Shown here piece after piece: positions 30,077-40,650 of a DNA stretch of 64,000 nt. Every line of letters begins with the position of its first letter. Within the stretch, counting starts at the first letter, position 1. The notes under the pieces are model-generated. The model did not search any database. It saw nothing but the letters and a program-made list of their open reading frames with translations, and was not told the origin of the DNA. Source of the stretch: Cyanophyceae cyanobacterium (GTDB lineage: Bacteria; Cyanobacteriota; Cyanobacteriia; Cyanobacteriales; Laspinemataceae); assembly GCA_038321985.1 (NCBI GenBank), contig JBBQFN010000004.1:295758-359757 (forward strand), in the 5' to 3' direction. Made by a program: the position numbers and the translations under genes.

Positions 30077-30934
30077 CTAAGACCGGGCTGCTGCAACAAC
30101 TTGGGGATGAAGATCAATCCAGCGATCAATATCCCCGAGAACTTGCTCGGGTATTTCCCAAGGAAACAAATGAGCGGTATTCAGGTAGCAGATTAGCTCA
30201 GAATTTCTCAGGTGGTGAGCGGTTTCCCGAGTGGAATCGGCGGTAATGTGGAGATCGCCTTCCCCCGCCATCACTAAGGACGGACAAGTGATTTTTTCCA
30301 GGTCCGAGAGTCGATTGTAACCCCCTCGCAAGGCGGCATTGAGTGCCTCACGAGCAGGGCGGCTGGTTTGAAGATAGGCAGACATCCCGCGAGAGGCTAG
30401 GTATTGGTAAGCCCCGGGAGTATGTTGCTGAATCAGGTAGCGGTAGAGCGATCGCTTACCCAATGTTTCAATATTCCATTGCCAACTCGGGACGACTCGG
30501 TTAATGATCGACGAGACCCCCGTAAATGCTAAATCTTGCCAGCTAATGGGTGGATGGGAACTGCGGGGACGAGCTGCACTCGCCACTAAAATTAACCCCG
30601 TGACGCGATCGGGATGTCGCAACGCTAGTTCCATAGCCAAAATGCCGCCTAGGGACCAACCCAAGAGTAAAAAGCGATCAACTTTGAAGCGATCGAGCAA
30701 CGCTTCTATATCCAACAAATGGTCAGTCATTTGAAAGCTGCCTCGGGTGCGGCTATTCCCGTACCCTCGCAAATCCGGAGCAAGGGTTTGGAATCTTTGG
30801 CTCAAATGGTCTGTAAAGACAGACATGGACGAACCTTGACCCGGATGACCGTGCAAACAGAGAATGGGAAAGCCCGATCCCTGAACAACCGCACTTAAGT
30901 GATGTAGGGAATAGGTGAGAATTTGATTGGACAC
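30077..30934 (-). CDS. Alpha/beta hydrolase
   Basis: LCLHGHPG, PDLRGYG, nucleophile elbow GWSLGG, and catalytic His in TAHLFPWE. Confidence 0.92.
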   Translation of the reverse strand: MSNQILTYSLHHLSAVVQGSGFPILCLHGHPGQGSSMSVFTDHLSQRFQTLAPDLRGYGNSRTRGSFQMTDHLLDIEALLDRFKVDRFLLLGWSLGGILAMELALRHPDRVTGLILVASAARPRSSHPPISWQDLAFTGVSSIINRVVPSWQWNIETLGKRSLYRYLIQQHTPGAYQYLASRGMSAYLQTSRPAREALNAALRGGYNRLSDLEKITCPSLVMAGEGDLHITADSTRETAHHLRNSELICYLNTAHLFPWEIPEQVLGDIDRWIDLHPQVVAAARS

Positions 30935-31056
30935 GATCTCAAATCTGTAACGTCAGAGGTTTTCCTTTTCATGGTATCGGGATCAACTCCATAGCGGCTA
31001 CAGTCTAGGGAAAAATAGTAAGTTCGGGCTATGGGGAGACGCTGCATCAGCCGCAC

Positions 31057-32415
31057 TTAGAGTTGACCGCTGCGGAAGAGATATTCAGAGATTTCCGAAA
31101 TAAACTGACGAATGGTGGGTTCGCTATAAGCACCATCATCAATGACCGTAATAATATAAGTTTCACCAAACAGGTTCATCGCTAGAGTAGTGCCCAGGAC
31201 CCGAGAGGTTTGACCCGTTTTTTCACCTAACCAGTGACCAAACCCCCCTTCTAACCCAGCAAACCCCAGTTCGTGGTCATACTGACGTTCTAGGGAACGA
31301 ATCAGGATTTCATCCCCGAGATGTTCGCGGTTGTAGATTTGGATCATCATCTCTGTCAGTTCGTCACTGGTGGTGGTGTTCCTGCCGATCGCCACATTCT
31401 GGGGATAGGTGCGCTCACCCACAAATTTAGAATAAACCCGTGTTTGTTTGTAACCGCGTTCTTCCAAAACTTGATTTATGTAATCCCACCCCAAATAGTC
31501 AATAAGTTGATTCGGTCCGATATTGCTACTGTCACCGATGGTGGCATTTAAAACTGTTTCTATGGGATATTTTTCACCCACCCGAAGTTTAGAAGCATCT
31601 TCCGTGTAGTTACCGGGATCAACATAAATCGGAGTATCAAACCGAATTTTTTCCTCGGTGAGTTTATTCATTAATGCCACGGCGATCGGCACTTTCATCA
31701 AACTAGCGGCATCTCGCGCCGGTTCATTTCCCCGCAACCGACGACAGATATGGGTGGTGAGGTGACAGATGGTGATTTTAACTTGGGAAGAAAGACCACT
31801 GCGTTCGGCAATGGGGATTAAAAATTGGGACTGTGCCACTTCCAGACGGTAGGCGACGGCTTCCAAATTGGCTTGATAATCAGCGATTTTTTCCACCGCG
31901 CGATCGCCATAGTCGGAATCAGCCGGAATTTGATGCAAGTTATCCAGAGCTTTTTCCCAGAGGGATTTGAGATTCTGTAACGTCTCAATTGAGGGGTTGG
32001 CCGAATTACCCAATTCAGATGCCTGAGTTCCGTAGTTGAGCCCCTCTTCCCAGTAGGGTTTGCCATTGAGTTGTTTCGCCAAATTGTGTTCTACCGCCTC
32101 CATCCGCGCCAAAAGACTATTTTTTCGCTGCAACAACGGTGCAAACTCGGACGGGTAAGACCAGGCATCGGTGACGTCGGTACAGGAGGGACTAGAGGCG
32201 GAACGGGAGGGGTTTTCTCCAGGAGTGGGGCGATCGCCAACGGTGGCAGTCCCGGAGTCCGTCTCCATAGCAGTCGGAGAACAAGTAAGCGGGGGGGCTT
32301 TAGCCTGGGGTTCTGGCATCCCCCAAATCCCAACAGCCAGTAGACTCACAAAACTTGTCAGCGCGATCGCAGTCCGTTTTTTACCTCTGTGCATATTGCA
32401 CACCCTACCCCACAC
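31057..32415 (-). CDS. Serine hydrolase, class A beta-lactamase-like, with N-terminal anchor and helical domain
   Basis: AASLMK (SxxK), SSN and EKTG motifs. Start is uncertain (32415 or 32394). Confidence 0.85.
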   Translation of the reverse strand: MWGRVCNMHRGKKRTAIALTSFVSLLAVGIWGMPEPQAKAPPLTCSPTAMETDSGTATVGDRPTPGENPSRSASSPSCTDVTDAWSYPSEFAPLLQRKNSLLARMEAVEHNLAKQLNGKPYWEEGLNYGTQASELGNSANPSIETLQNLKSLWEKALDNLHQIPADSDYGDRAVEKIADYQANLEAVAYRLEVAQSQFLIPIAERSGLSSQVKITICHLTTHICRRLRGNEPARDAASLMKVPIAVALMNKLTEEKIRFDTPIYVDPGNYTEDASKLRVGEKYPIETVLNATIGDSSNIGPNQLIDYLGWDYINQVLEERGYKQTRVYSKFVGERTYPQNVAIGRNTTTSDELTEMMIQIYNREHLGDEILIRSLERQYDHELGFAGLEGGFGHWLGEKTGQTSRVLGTTLAMNLFGETYIITVIDDGAYSEPTIRQFISEISEYLFRSGQL

Positions 32416-32806
32416 AATAAAAACTATCGACGTTCGCTATTTTACTGAATCTTGCACCAACAAACCGAAAACTATTCATCTTAAATAGTTTTGCGCAATC
32501 CTCCCGAAAACACTTGTAGGGAAACAGACCTCGGCTGGTGCGGCCAGAAATACTTTAACAGACAAAGTACAGAAAAATTCTCAATCCTTCTTTTAAAAAG
32601 GAGTGCAAGCATCGCGATCGCCCTCCTTTTTTGGTGATTTCCCGAAAAAATAGGGACAGGGTACTGCTGTGCCGTTCTTGGTATTGACAGAAAGATTTTA
32701 TTTTGATTGTCCCGAGCAATTTTAACTGAATATCGGGATAATTTATCAATTGCCTCGGTCCACCCGTTGGGGAGAGTCCAAAGTTTAATAAGTATAATAG
32801 TAGAGA

Positions 32807-32946
32807 TATAGCATTTTCCAGAGTTATGAGGTACCGATAGTTATTAGGAGTGCGAGCAAGATGTTCGCTATCCTCAAGAGCGAGCATCTTGCTCGCACTC
32901 TGTTACTGATTTTTATGAGTACCTCATGAGTCCGGAAACCGCTATA
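32807..32946. mobile_element. MITE-like element, 140 bp, same TIR family as 1350-1487
   Basis: Left end TATAGCATTTTCCAGAGTTATGAGGTAC versus reverse complement of right end TATAGCGGTTTCCGGACTCATGAGGTAC. Internal hairpin GAGTGCGAGCAAGATGTTCGC...GCGAGCATCTTGCTCGCACTC. Confidence 0.82.
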
Positions 32947-33697
32947 AAGGCTGTAGTTGTAAGGGGTAGCCGACAAAAAGCACCCAAATTACTAACAGGA
33001 AAATTTTTAAATTAATCATATTTTTCAACATTTAAAGGAATCAGTTCTGGATATTATAGGAAATATTTTTCTTGAGTTCCTCTGTCTAAAGTTCCGGTTG
33101 TAGAGGAAATAGGATAGGAGTTTTTGAGTCTTTTGGGGCTATTGTGTCGCGATAAATAGAGCAATCGATGGGGGTTTTCCCGAGTCCGGGCTAGATCAAG
33201 GTAGCGATCGCGACCGCCCTAGGGGAAATCCGTCTAAATACTCAGAATCCACTCCCAAGTAAATTGAGGTAACACTCTAGTGAGCCCCAAAAATATAAAA
33301 ATGATCGCCTAACTGATGAAAAGAAGTGTCAGCAAATCATCATAAACAATCTAACGGAAACTGAAAGAAAGAAAAGTTTGGAGGATGGAGCTTCGGCGGG
33401 TATCAGTGCCGCCGTCTTTAATCCCTATTCATAAAACGTCGTGGGAAAGATGCGCTTTTTCTTATTTTATGGTACCGAAAGAAAAAACTCTTTCCAGAAG
33501 GTCCCCAAGGTTGTAAGCAGGTCCTTTGGCTACTCCACTGTCCATAAAACCCCCAGATTTAAGCAAGAATAATTTTTTCCTAAAAACTGGAGGTTAATCT
33601 CCACGATAGCTCTTGCCCATGATGGGTTAAACCCCATATCTCAAAAAGAACGACTTAGCGTATAGTTACGAAAGCTAAGAAATTTTATAAAAGCTAG

Positions 33698-33711
33698 GTA
33701 ACTGGCTGTAC
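33698..33711. promoter_or_regulatory. Candidate NtcA binding site
   Basis: GTA-ACTGGCTG-TAC is an exact GTA-N8-TAC match 128 nt upstream of the ORF at 33840. No clear TAN3T -10 box at canonical spacing. Confidence 0.35.
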
Positions 33712-33839
33712 TATAACAACTGACAGGTTTTATTCCCTATTTCAGTCAAATTGAATCCCGGATATAAAGCAATTTTTAAAGTGCGAAAATTGCCTCAGTT
33801 TTATAAACTACTGAAATCAGAAGAGTTTCGTATCAGATC

Positions 33840-34073
33840 ATGCCAACCCTCAATCTTGCAAATTTCCGTTTAAATCTGGCACCCTTCTTGTTGCCCATCC
33901 AGCTATATTTTGCGCCTGGACTCTCTGCGCCGGATACTCAAGCCCTAGCAGCCCCAGTGACTAGACCCTATGAAGAACGCCTAATTACGGAGGCGAATTC
34001 CGACTGTAAGGAGAACGACCAAAAAGAATGCGATCATCATCGAGGGAGTCGGGAGGAGCGTTCGGAACGGTAG
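33840..34073 (+). CDS. Small protein, PatX-like (signal-like N-terminus, HRGS motif near C-terminus)
   Basis: 77 aa with a hydrophobic N-terminus and ...ECDHHRGSREE. It has a 1.4-kb upstream region and its own downstream hairpin. Confidence 0.5.
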   Translation: MPTLNLANFRLNLAPFLLPIQLYFAPGLSAPDTQALAAPVTRPYEERLITEANSDCKENDQKECDHHRGSREERSER

Positions 34074-34129
34074 TTTGTTAATCTAGAGCTTAACTGTTTT
34101 GTTTAATTGAAGGCGCTTGCTTACTGAGG

Positions 34130-34156
34130 CGGCGGGTCACATTTTGTGGCCCGCCG
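34130..34156. terminator. Hairpin terminator between convergent genes
   Basis: CGGCGGGTCACA-TTT-TGTGGCCCGCCG followed by T-rich sequence. Confidence 0.65.
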
Positions 34157-34178
34157 TTCTACTTTGGACCTGTTAGAA

Positions 34179-35573
34179 TTAACCCTGGACAATCTGCTCA
34201 ATTTTTTGGGGTTGTACGGGCAAAGCCGAGGTAAACACTTCTCTACCATCTTGGGTGACCATAACATCATCCTCGATGCGGATTCCCCGGACATCGTGAA
34301 ACAGGGCTAATTTATCCCAGTTGACGACCCCCTCATATTGAACACGACGCTGAGGGTCATTTAAAATAGCAGGGACTTGATAAAATCCAGGCTCGATCGT
34401 CACCAACATTCCGGCTTGTAAAGTCCGGTTGAGGCGCAGGTAACATAACCCAAACCGATCGCTGCGATCGCGACCCTGTTCGTATCCCGCAATATCCCCT
34501 AAGTCTTCCATATCATGAACGTCCAACCCGAGAAGATGTCCAACTCCATGAGGAAAAAACAGGGCATGGGCGTCCATTTCCACCAAATCTTGGGGATTGC
34601 CCTGTAGAATTCCTAAATCCACCAATCCTTCGGCGATCGCCAGGGCTGCCAAAAGATGAATATCCCGATATTCAACCCCTGGACGAACCTGTTCAATGCA
34701 GCAGTCGTGGGCTGCCAGAACTACGTCATAAATATCCCGTTGAGTGGGGGAAAACTGCCCGGAAACCGGCCAAGTGCGCGTCACATCTGCCGCCCAACCC
34801 GTAGGAGTTTCTGCACCCACATCGACTAAAAGCAAGTCTCCGGGCTGCAAAAGGTTATGGTAATGCTGATTGTGCAGAACTTGGCCCTCAACGGTGACGA
34901 TACTGTTATAAGCACAGGTAAAATTCTGGGCCATGATCGCCCCTTCCATGGCACCGCGCACCATTGCTTCGGATTGAGCGCGGCGAGTGGACATCATCCC
35001 CACCAAATGCGCCTGTACGGTACAGGCAGACGCTTGTAATAGTTCTTGAATGGCAGATGGATCATGGATGAGGCGCAATTGGGCGATCGCCAGGGCTAAT
35101 GCCCGATCGCCCTCAACCGTGGGGTTGCCTTTATCGTGGAAAAATTCAGGAGGGCGATCGAGGATAGCCGTTTGTTCCATCCGCGTCTTGAGATCGGATG
35201 CCGGGATGGTTGCAGCATTTTGGCTATGAGATTTTAATTCGGAAAGGGGAAATGCTTGATCAGCGGCGATCGCCTCGGCAACCTGCGATCGGGTTGGCAT
35301 TTCTCCATGCCAGAGGGTACTCCCGGGGTGAGGATCATCCATAAACAGTTCCAACCTGCCCCCTTCCAGACGAATGGCGGCATTTTCTAAGGAGAGTCCG
35401 GTAAAATATAAAAAATGGCTGCTGGGGCGAAAGGGGTAGACATTAGCGGGAAAATTGCGGGAACTGGGACTTCCCGACCACAAAATCACGGGAGTTGCGA
35501 TCGCCTTTGCAAGTTTTTGGCGGCGCTGATGTAGGGCGGTTATCAGGGGAGTCGCAGGTGTAGACATTTGCAT
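34179..35573 (-). CDS. pepP: Xaa-Pro aminopeptidase (M24B)
   Basis: LVDVGAE...AADVTRTWP, HGVGHLLGLDVHD, TIEPGFY and GIRIEDD. Confidence 0.92.
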   Translation of the reverse strand: MQMSTPATPLITALHQRRQKLAKAIATPVILWSGSPSSRNFPANVYPFRPSSHFLYFTGLSLENAAIRLEGGRLELFMDDPHPGSTLWHGEMPTRSQVAEAIAADQAFPLSELKSHSQNAATIPASDLKTRMEQTAILDRPPEFFHDKGNPTVEGDRALALAIAQLRLIHDPSAIQELLQASACTVQAHLVGMMSTRRAQSEAMVRGAMEGAIMAQNFTCAYNSIVTVEGQVLHNQHYHNLLQPGDLLLVDVGAETPTGWAADVTRTWPVSGQFSPTQRDIYDVVLAAHDCCIEQVRPGVEYRDIHLLAALAIAEGLVDLGILQGNPQDLVEMDAHALFFPHGVGHLLGLDVHDMEDLGDIAGYEQGRDRSDRFGLCYLRLNRTLQAGMLVTIEPGFYQVPAILNDPQRRVQYEGVVNWDKLALFHDVRGIRIEDDVMVTQDGREVFTSALPVQPQKIEQIVQG

Positions 35574-35673
35574 AATGGAGAATTAACGATCAACTTGGGT
35601 TTTATAATCCATCATAGGGAGTAACCGAAGGGATCTCAGACCCAAGCCCGCCTAAGCGCGTTTTCTTAATTTC

Positions 35674-35700
35674 GTAATAACGACAGCAAGTCGTTACTAC
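35674..35700 (-). repeat. GTAG-initiated REP-like hairpin
   Basis: Minus strand reads GTAGTAACGAC-TTGCT-GTCGTTATTAC. Confidence 0.6.
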
Positions 35701-35748
35701 CAACTCAGATAACGACTCAGTAGACTTGAACCGATCGCCGTTAACCTA

Positions 35749-36222
35749 GTGGAAGAGGCGTCTTACCCCAATCAATCGATGAATCTATCTAAATCTGGGC
35801 AAGTGCGCCCCCTAAAACCGAGTAACTGGCCGATCTCTCAATTACCCGGTGTCAGTTCTCAAGACCAAAATCGACTGGAAACTTGCGGGATTACCACTAC
35901 AAGGGAACTGCTACGCCGCGCTAAACCCCTGCAACAACGACAGGCGATCGCCACTGAGTTAGGAATTCATATTCAATATCTGAATAAATGGGTCGCCATG
36001 GCTGAACTCGCCTGTATTCCTAGTGTTGGCTTTCAATATTGCGGTTTATTGCTGCACGCCGGTATTGCCTCGATCGCCCAACTGGCTGACTTACCTGTAC
36101 ACCGATTGCACCAACAACTTTTGCGCGTACAAGTTGCCAACCTCCAACGCCGGGACCTCTGTCCCCCGGTAGATGAAGTAACCCGATGGATTCAACAGGC
36201 AAAGACATTAATTAAAGGATAA
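35749..36222 (+). CDS. DUF4332 family helix-hairpin-helix protein
   Basis: WPISQLPG...GITTT...KWVAMAELACIPSVG.QYCGLLLHAGIAS...WIQQAK. Confidence 0.85.
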   Translation: MEEASYPNQSMNLSKSGQVRPLKPSNWPISQLPGVSSQDQNRLETCGITTTRELLRRAKPLQQRQAIATELGIHIQYLNKWVAMAELACIPSVGFQYCGLLLHAGIASIAQLADLPVHRLHQQLLRVQVANLQRRDLCPPVDEVTRWIQQAKTLIKG

Positions 36223-36243
36223 AGCTGGAAGCAGGGATTACCC

Positions 36244-36861
36244 TTACTCCGGTTGTGCTAAAACCCCATTGAGGAAGATATCCGCCAACCCTTCTGCCAT
36301 TTCCTGCATTGCTTGAGGAGAGGAATCTTTTTCTAGGAGAGTTTCTTGGCTGAAACCCGCTACTGCAAACATTCCTAGAAAAACATGAGCCACCAGGCGA
36401 GGATTCATGGCACGATAAATGCCGCGTTCCATTGCAGTTTCAAAGAATGCCTCAGCAACATCACTCATTTTGGAAATCACCTCGGCTTGAATGCGATCGC
36501 GTAATTCTGGATGAAACTGGGCCTCCAGAAAGCAAACTCGCATTAAATCAGCATTCTTGTGAATATTTAACATCCGCCGCCGCATCACCTGCGCCACCGC
36601 CTTATAACTGCCCATTTCGCTCAGTTCCGTGAGTAGATCCGTGAGGATTTCGATCCAACCCTGGGTAGCCAACTCCACCAAAATGGCTTTTTTATTGGCA
36701 AAATGACGAAATAGGGTTCCCTCAGCTACATGAGCAGCTTGAGCCAGGTCCCTTGTGGTGGTTCCGTTGTAACCCTTTTGGGCAAATAACCGCTGCGCCG
36801 CATTTAAAATTCGAGTGCGCGTATCGGTTTCAGCAGGTTGGGAGGGAGTAAATATATTCAT
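36244..36861 (-). CDS. TetR/AcrR family transcriptional regulator
   Basis: RILNAAQRLFAQKGYNGTTTRDLAQAAHVAEGTLFRHFANK HTH. Confidence 0.95.
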   Translation of the reverse strand: MNIFTPSQPAETDTRTRILNAAQRLFAQKGYNGTTTRDLAQAAHVAEGTLFRHFANKKAILVELATQGWIEILTDLLTELSEMGSYKAVAQVMRRRMLNIHKNADLMRVCFLEAQFHPELRDRIQAEVISKMSDVAEAFFETAMERGIYRAMNPRLVAHVFLGMFAVAGFSQETLLEKDSSPQAMQEMAEGLADIFLNGVLAQPE

Positions 36862-36962
36862 GGTTAATAGAAAATAGTGCTGTGGAAAATCACATCAATA
36901 GCGTTTTTTTCTAGACCCGGAGGACTCAACGAACCTTAGTCAAACATTAGGAATAACAGCGC

Positions 36963-38660
36963 TTGCATCACTTAAAATGGCTGACCCTCAATCGAGGAGT
37001 CACCCCCAGACTTATGAATCCAAATCACCGATTTTTTTTACTGGCTATGTCAATCTCCAGGTTTCGGATGGCGATCGCAAAATGGGGACAACCCCGGTGG
37101 ACTGGGTACTGGTCCCATTCCCGTCACTTCATGATCGCTCTTTTAGTCACCCTTCTGCTTTGGTCGGGAATTTCATTAAACCCGGCACTCGGGCGAGAGC
37201 AAGTCTCCCCCTCTACAACTCAGTCGATCCAGCCTTACCTAGATGGGGTTGCGGATAAAATCACTGAGTTTACTCTCAATAATGGACTCAAGTTTATCGT
37301 TTTAGAACGACATACCGCCCCGGTTGTTTCATTTTTAACATACGCTGATGTTGGGGGTGCAAACGAACCGGAAGGCAAAACCGGAGTTGCTCACTTTTTG
37401 GAGCATCTAGCCTTTAAAGGCACTCAACGGATAGGGACCCGAGATTACCAAGCCGAAAAAGAATTACTCTCTCAGCTCGATCGCCTCGCCGCTGAGATTA
37501 AAACGGCGATCGCGGCTGGAAAAACAGCGGAAGCTCAACGGTTGCAAACCGAATTTGACAAAATAGAAACCGCTGCCTCGGCCCTGGTGGTCCAAAATGA
37601 ATTGGGTCAGATTGTTGAACAATCTGGCGGGGTTGGACTCAATGCTACCACGTCCGCTGATGCCACTCGCTATTTTTACAGCTTTCCTTCCAATAAGCTG
37701 GAACTGTGGATGTCCCTAGAGTCTGAGCGTTTCCTAGAACCAGTCTTTCGGGAATTTTACAAGGAAAAGCAGGTCATTCTCGAAGAGAGAAGAATGCGCA
37801 CGGATAACTCCCCCATTGGCAAAATGATTGAGGCATTTCTTCAAACTGCCTTTGTCAATCATCCTTATCGCCAACCCGTGATCGGTTATGCCGAGGATTT
37901 AGTCAATCTCCAGCGTGAAGATGTCCAGGAGTTTTTTGAGACTTATTACGTTCCCAACAATTTGACTATTGCTGTAGTCGGAGATGTGGAACCTGAGAAT
38001 GTGCGGCGGTTAGCGGATATTTATTTTGGTCGCTACCAAGCGGGACCGACCCCGCCAAAGGTTGATAAAATCGAACCTCCCCAGACTGAACCGAGACAGG
38101 TTTTAGTTCGTTTCCCTTCTGAACCTTGGTATTTGGAAGGATATCACCGTCCAGCCGTTAATCATCCTGATAATGTTGTTTATGAATTGATTGCTCAAAT
38201 CCTCAGTTCTGGCCGGACTTCTCGTCTCTATAAATCCCTGGTAGAACAGAAACAAGTAGCGCTCACGGCTCAGGGTTTGAGTGGATTTCCCGGAGAAAAG
38301 TATGAGAATTTGATGCTATTTTATGGCTTGACTGCTCCGGGTCATACCGTTGAAGAAGTAGCCACCGCATTGCAACAGGAAATCAATCGGCTTACGGTTG
38401 AAGAAGTTTCAACGGAGGAATTAGAGCGGGTCAAAACCCAAGCTAGAGCCGGAGTGTTGCGATCGCTGGCTTCTAATCAAGGTATGGCAAGTTTACTGGT
38501 GGAATATCAAGTTAAAACCGGCAACTGGCGTAATTTGTTTCAAGAATTAGAGGAAATTGCCTCGGTGATGCCAAAAGACATTCTGCGCGTCTCTCGTGAA
38601 ATATTTCGTCCCGAAAATCGGACCGTGGGACTGCTGCTGCCGGAGGAAGAATCTCAATGA
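36963..38660 (+). CDS. M16 family zinc peptidase, catalytic subunit
   Basis: Inverted zincin motif GVAHFLEHLAFKG, LNATTS, and VILEERRMR. The true start is probably downstream of 36963. Confidence 0.93.
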   Translation: MHHLKWLTLNRGVTPRLMNPNHRFFLLAMSISRFRMAIAKWGQPRWTGYWSHSRHFMIALLVTLLLWSGISLNPALGREQVSPSTTQSIQPYLDGVADKITEFTLNNGLKFIVLERHTAPVVSFLTYADVGGANEPEGKTGVAHFLEHLAFKGTQRIGTRDYQAEKELLSQLDRLAAEIKTAIAAGKTAEAQRLQTEFDKIETAASALVVQNELGQIVEQSGGVGLNATTSADATRYFYSFPSNKLELWMSLESERFLEPVFREFYKEKQVILEERRMRTDNSPIGKMIEAFLQTAFVNHPYRQPVIGYAEDLVNLQREDVQEFFETYYVPNNLTIAVVGDVEPENVRRLADIYFGRYQAGPTPPKVDKIEPPQTEPRQVLVRFPSEPWYLEGYHRPAVNHPDNVVYELIAQILSSGRTSRLYKSLVEQKQVALTAQGLSGFPGEKYENLMLFYGLTAPGHTVEEVATALQQEINRLTVEEVSTEELERVKTQARAGVLRSLASNQGMASLLVEYQVKTGNWRNLFQELEEIASVMPKDILRVSREIFRPENRTVGLLLPEEESQ

Positions 38661-40153
38661 GTTATAGAATGGTTACCGCAAAGAATAAGCCTCGAAAGTA
38701 TTGGATTTGGCTGCTGTTTTTGCCCCTAATCTGGGTGCTGTTTAATACGGTCAGTGTTACGGCAGAATCGGCGAAACATTATACAGATTTGGAGTTTCCA
38801 CCGGCTCCAGAAATTAATTTACCGCCTTTTGATCGCTTTGAACTAGACAATGGCATGGTGGTGTATTTAATGGAGGACCGGGAACTGCCCTTAGTGACGG
38901 GGACTGCTTTGATTCGCACCGGCAATCGCTTGGAACCAGCTAATCAAGCTGGACTCGGACAAATTCTGGGTCAAGTGTTGCGGACTGGGGGAACTCAGTT
39001 ACATTCCCCTGACGAATTAAATGAGTTACTAGAACGCCGCGCGGCTTCGGTGGAAACGGGTCTGGATACCACCTCGGCTACGGTCAGTTTTAATGCCTTA
39101 AGTCAGGATTTGGATGAGGTGTTTGGACTGTTTGTGGAAGTGTTAAGAACTCCTGCTTTTGCCCCGGAGCAAATTGAGTTAGCTAAAAGCCAACAAGCTG
39201 GGGCGATCGCGCGTCGGAATGATTCGCCTAGTGAAATCGCTTCTCGGGAATTTCAGAAACTCATTTATGGAGAAAATAGCCCTTACGCTCGAACGATTGA
39301 ATATGAAACTTTGGGCAATGTTTCCCGAGCAGATGTGGTCCAATTTTACGAGAGCTATTTCCATCCCCATAATATGATTTTAGGCATTGTGGGAGATTTT
39401 GAAACGGCTCAAATGCGATCGCTGATCCAACAGAAATTGGGCAATTGGAAAGGCGATCGCACCCAAGCTCAAACTCAGCCTGTCTTACCCCCAGTATCCC
39501 AAGCCAAACAAGGTGGAATTTTTCTGGTAGAGAGAGCCCAATTAACCCAAAGTACCGTCCAAATTGGACATTTGGGTGGGGAGTTAAGTAGTGCAGATTA
39601 TCCGGCGCTGTCGGTCCTGAATGGGGTACTTAACGGATTTGGCGGACGGTTATTTAACCAAGTGCGATCGCGGGAGGGATTAGCCTATTCTGTGTATGGC
39701 GTTTGGAGTCCCCGCTACGATTACCCGGGTTTATTTATCGCCGGGGGACAAACGCGATCGGATGCAACGGTGCCTTTTATTCAGTCTGTATTTCGAGAAA
39801 TCGAACGCATTCGCACTCAACCGATTACTGCCGAAGAGTTAAAATATGCTCAAGACACAACCCTCAATTCCTTTATCTTCAATTTCGCCGACCCCAGTCA
39901 AACCCTATCTCGGTTGATGCGATATGAATATTATGGATATCCCGAGGATTTTATCTTCCAATATCGGCGCGGGGTAGAAGAAACTACCATTGAAGATGTG
40001 CAGCGAGTGGCACAAAAATACTTAAGCCCCGATCAGTTAGTCACTTTAGTGGTAGGGAACCCGATGGAGATTAACCCTGCCCTGAGTAGTCTCAATCCTG
40101 ATAAAACTGTCACTTCGATTGACATTACTATTCCTGAACCATCCAGAAGTTAG
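38657..40153 (+). CDS. M16 family peptidase, non-catalytic partner subunit
   Basis: LDNGMVVYL and RLFNQVRSREGLAYSV, but no HxxEH. ATGA overlap with the upstream gene. Confidence 0.92.
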   Translation: MSYRMVTAKNKPRKYWIWLLFLPLIWVLFNTVSVTAESAKHYTDLEFPPAPEINLPPFDRFELDNGMVVYLMEDRELPLVTGTALIRTGNRLEPANQAGLGQILGQVLRTGGTQLHSPDELNELLERRAASVETGLDTTSATVSFNALSQDLDEVFGLFVEVLRTPAFAPEQIELAKSQQAGAIARRNDSPSEIASREFQKLIYGENSPYARTIEYETLGNVSRADVVQFYESYFHPHNMILGIVGDFETAQMRSLIQQKLGNWKGDRTQAQTQPVLPPVSQAKQGGIFLVERAQLTQSTVQIGHLGGELSSADYPALSVLNGVLNGFGGRLFNQVRSREGLAYSVYGVWSPRYDYPGLFIAGGQTRSDATVPFIQSVFREIERIRTQPITAEELKYAQDTTLNSFIFNFADPSQTLSRLMRYEYYGYPEDFIFQYRRGVEETTIEDVQRVAQKYLSPDQLVTLVVGNPMEINPALSSLNPDKTVTSIDITIPEPSRS

Positions 40154-40178
40154 TCAACCGATTTTGTCAATCATCTTT

Positions 40179-40201
40179 GTAGGGTGGGCAATGCCCACCC
40201 T
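40179..40201 (+). repeat. GTAG-initiated REP-like hairpin
   Basis: GTAGGGTGGGCA-A-TGCCCACCCT. Confidence 0.7.
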
Positions 40202-40266
40202 CTTTATTGGCATTGCACATATATGGCATGATAAGGGAGTGGTCCCTACCTCTAGAGAATATATTT

Positions 40267-40368
40267 TGTCCTCAGTGTCAGTCCACCAATATCAATAAAA
40301 ATGGCTTGAAGAAAGGAAAAAAAACCATATATACAACTTTTTGTCAAGTACAATTTATACTAAATTAG
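40267..40368 (+). pseudogene. IS1-family transposase (InsA zinc-ribbon) remnant
   Basis: CPQCQSTNINKNGLKKGK, then (with frameshifts) NHI and CQVQFI. This resembles the CPxCxS..I.KNG...GKQ.(H/Y).C..C.RQF InsA N-terminus. Confidence 0.55.
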
Positions 40369-40650
40369 ATGAGCTTACCCTTAGATGCAGGAGAGCAACA
40401 CCTGATTCAGTTACAACGATTGACTTAAAATTTGCCTAACTTGAGAAGACAAGGCCAAATATTATGCCACCAGGGGGGATAAGATTGCCGTCAGTAGACT
40501 ATAAAATATCCAAAAAATATTCGGGGATATGTTAACTAGAAAGAGAATAAAGGAATGGGTTAGGGGAAGCGCATTCCTGCTATTTTAAGTAGAGGAAAGC
40601 GGGGGATTTTACCCGAAGAATCTGCTTCCCCAAACCCTATACTCCCCGGT

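Noticed and set aside
32555..32887. 110-aa minus-strand ORF
   Set aside because: It starts inside the MITE and has no recognisable protein features, so it is probably spurious.
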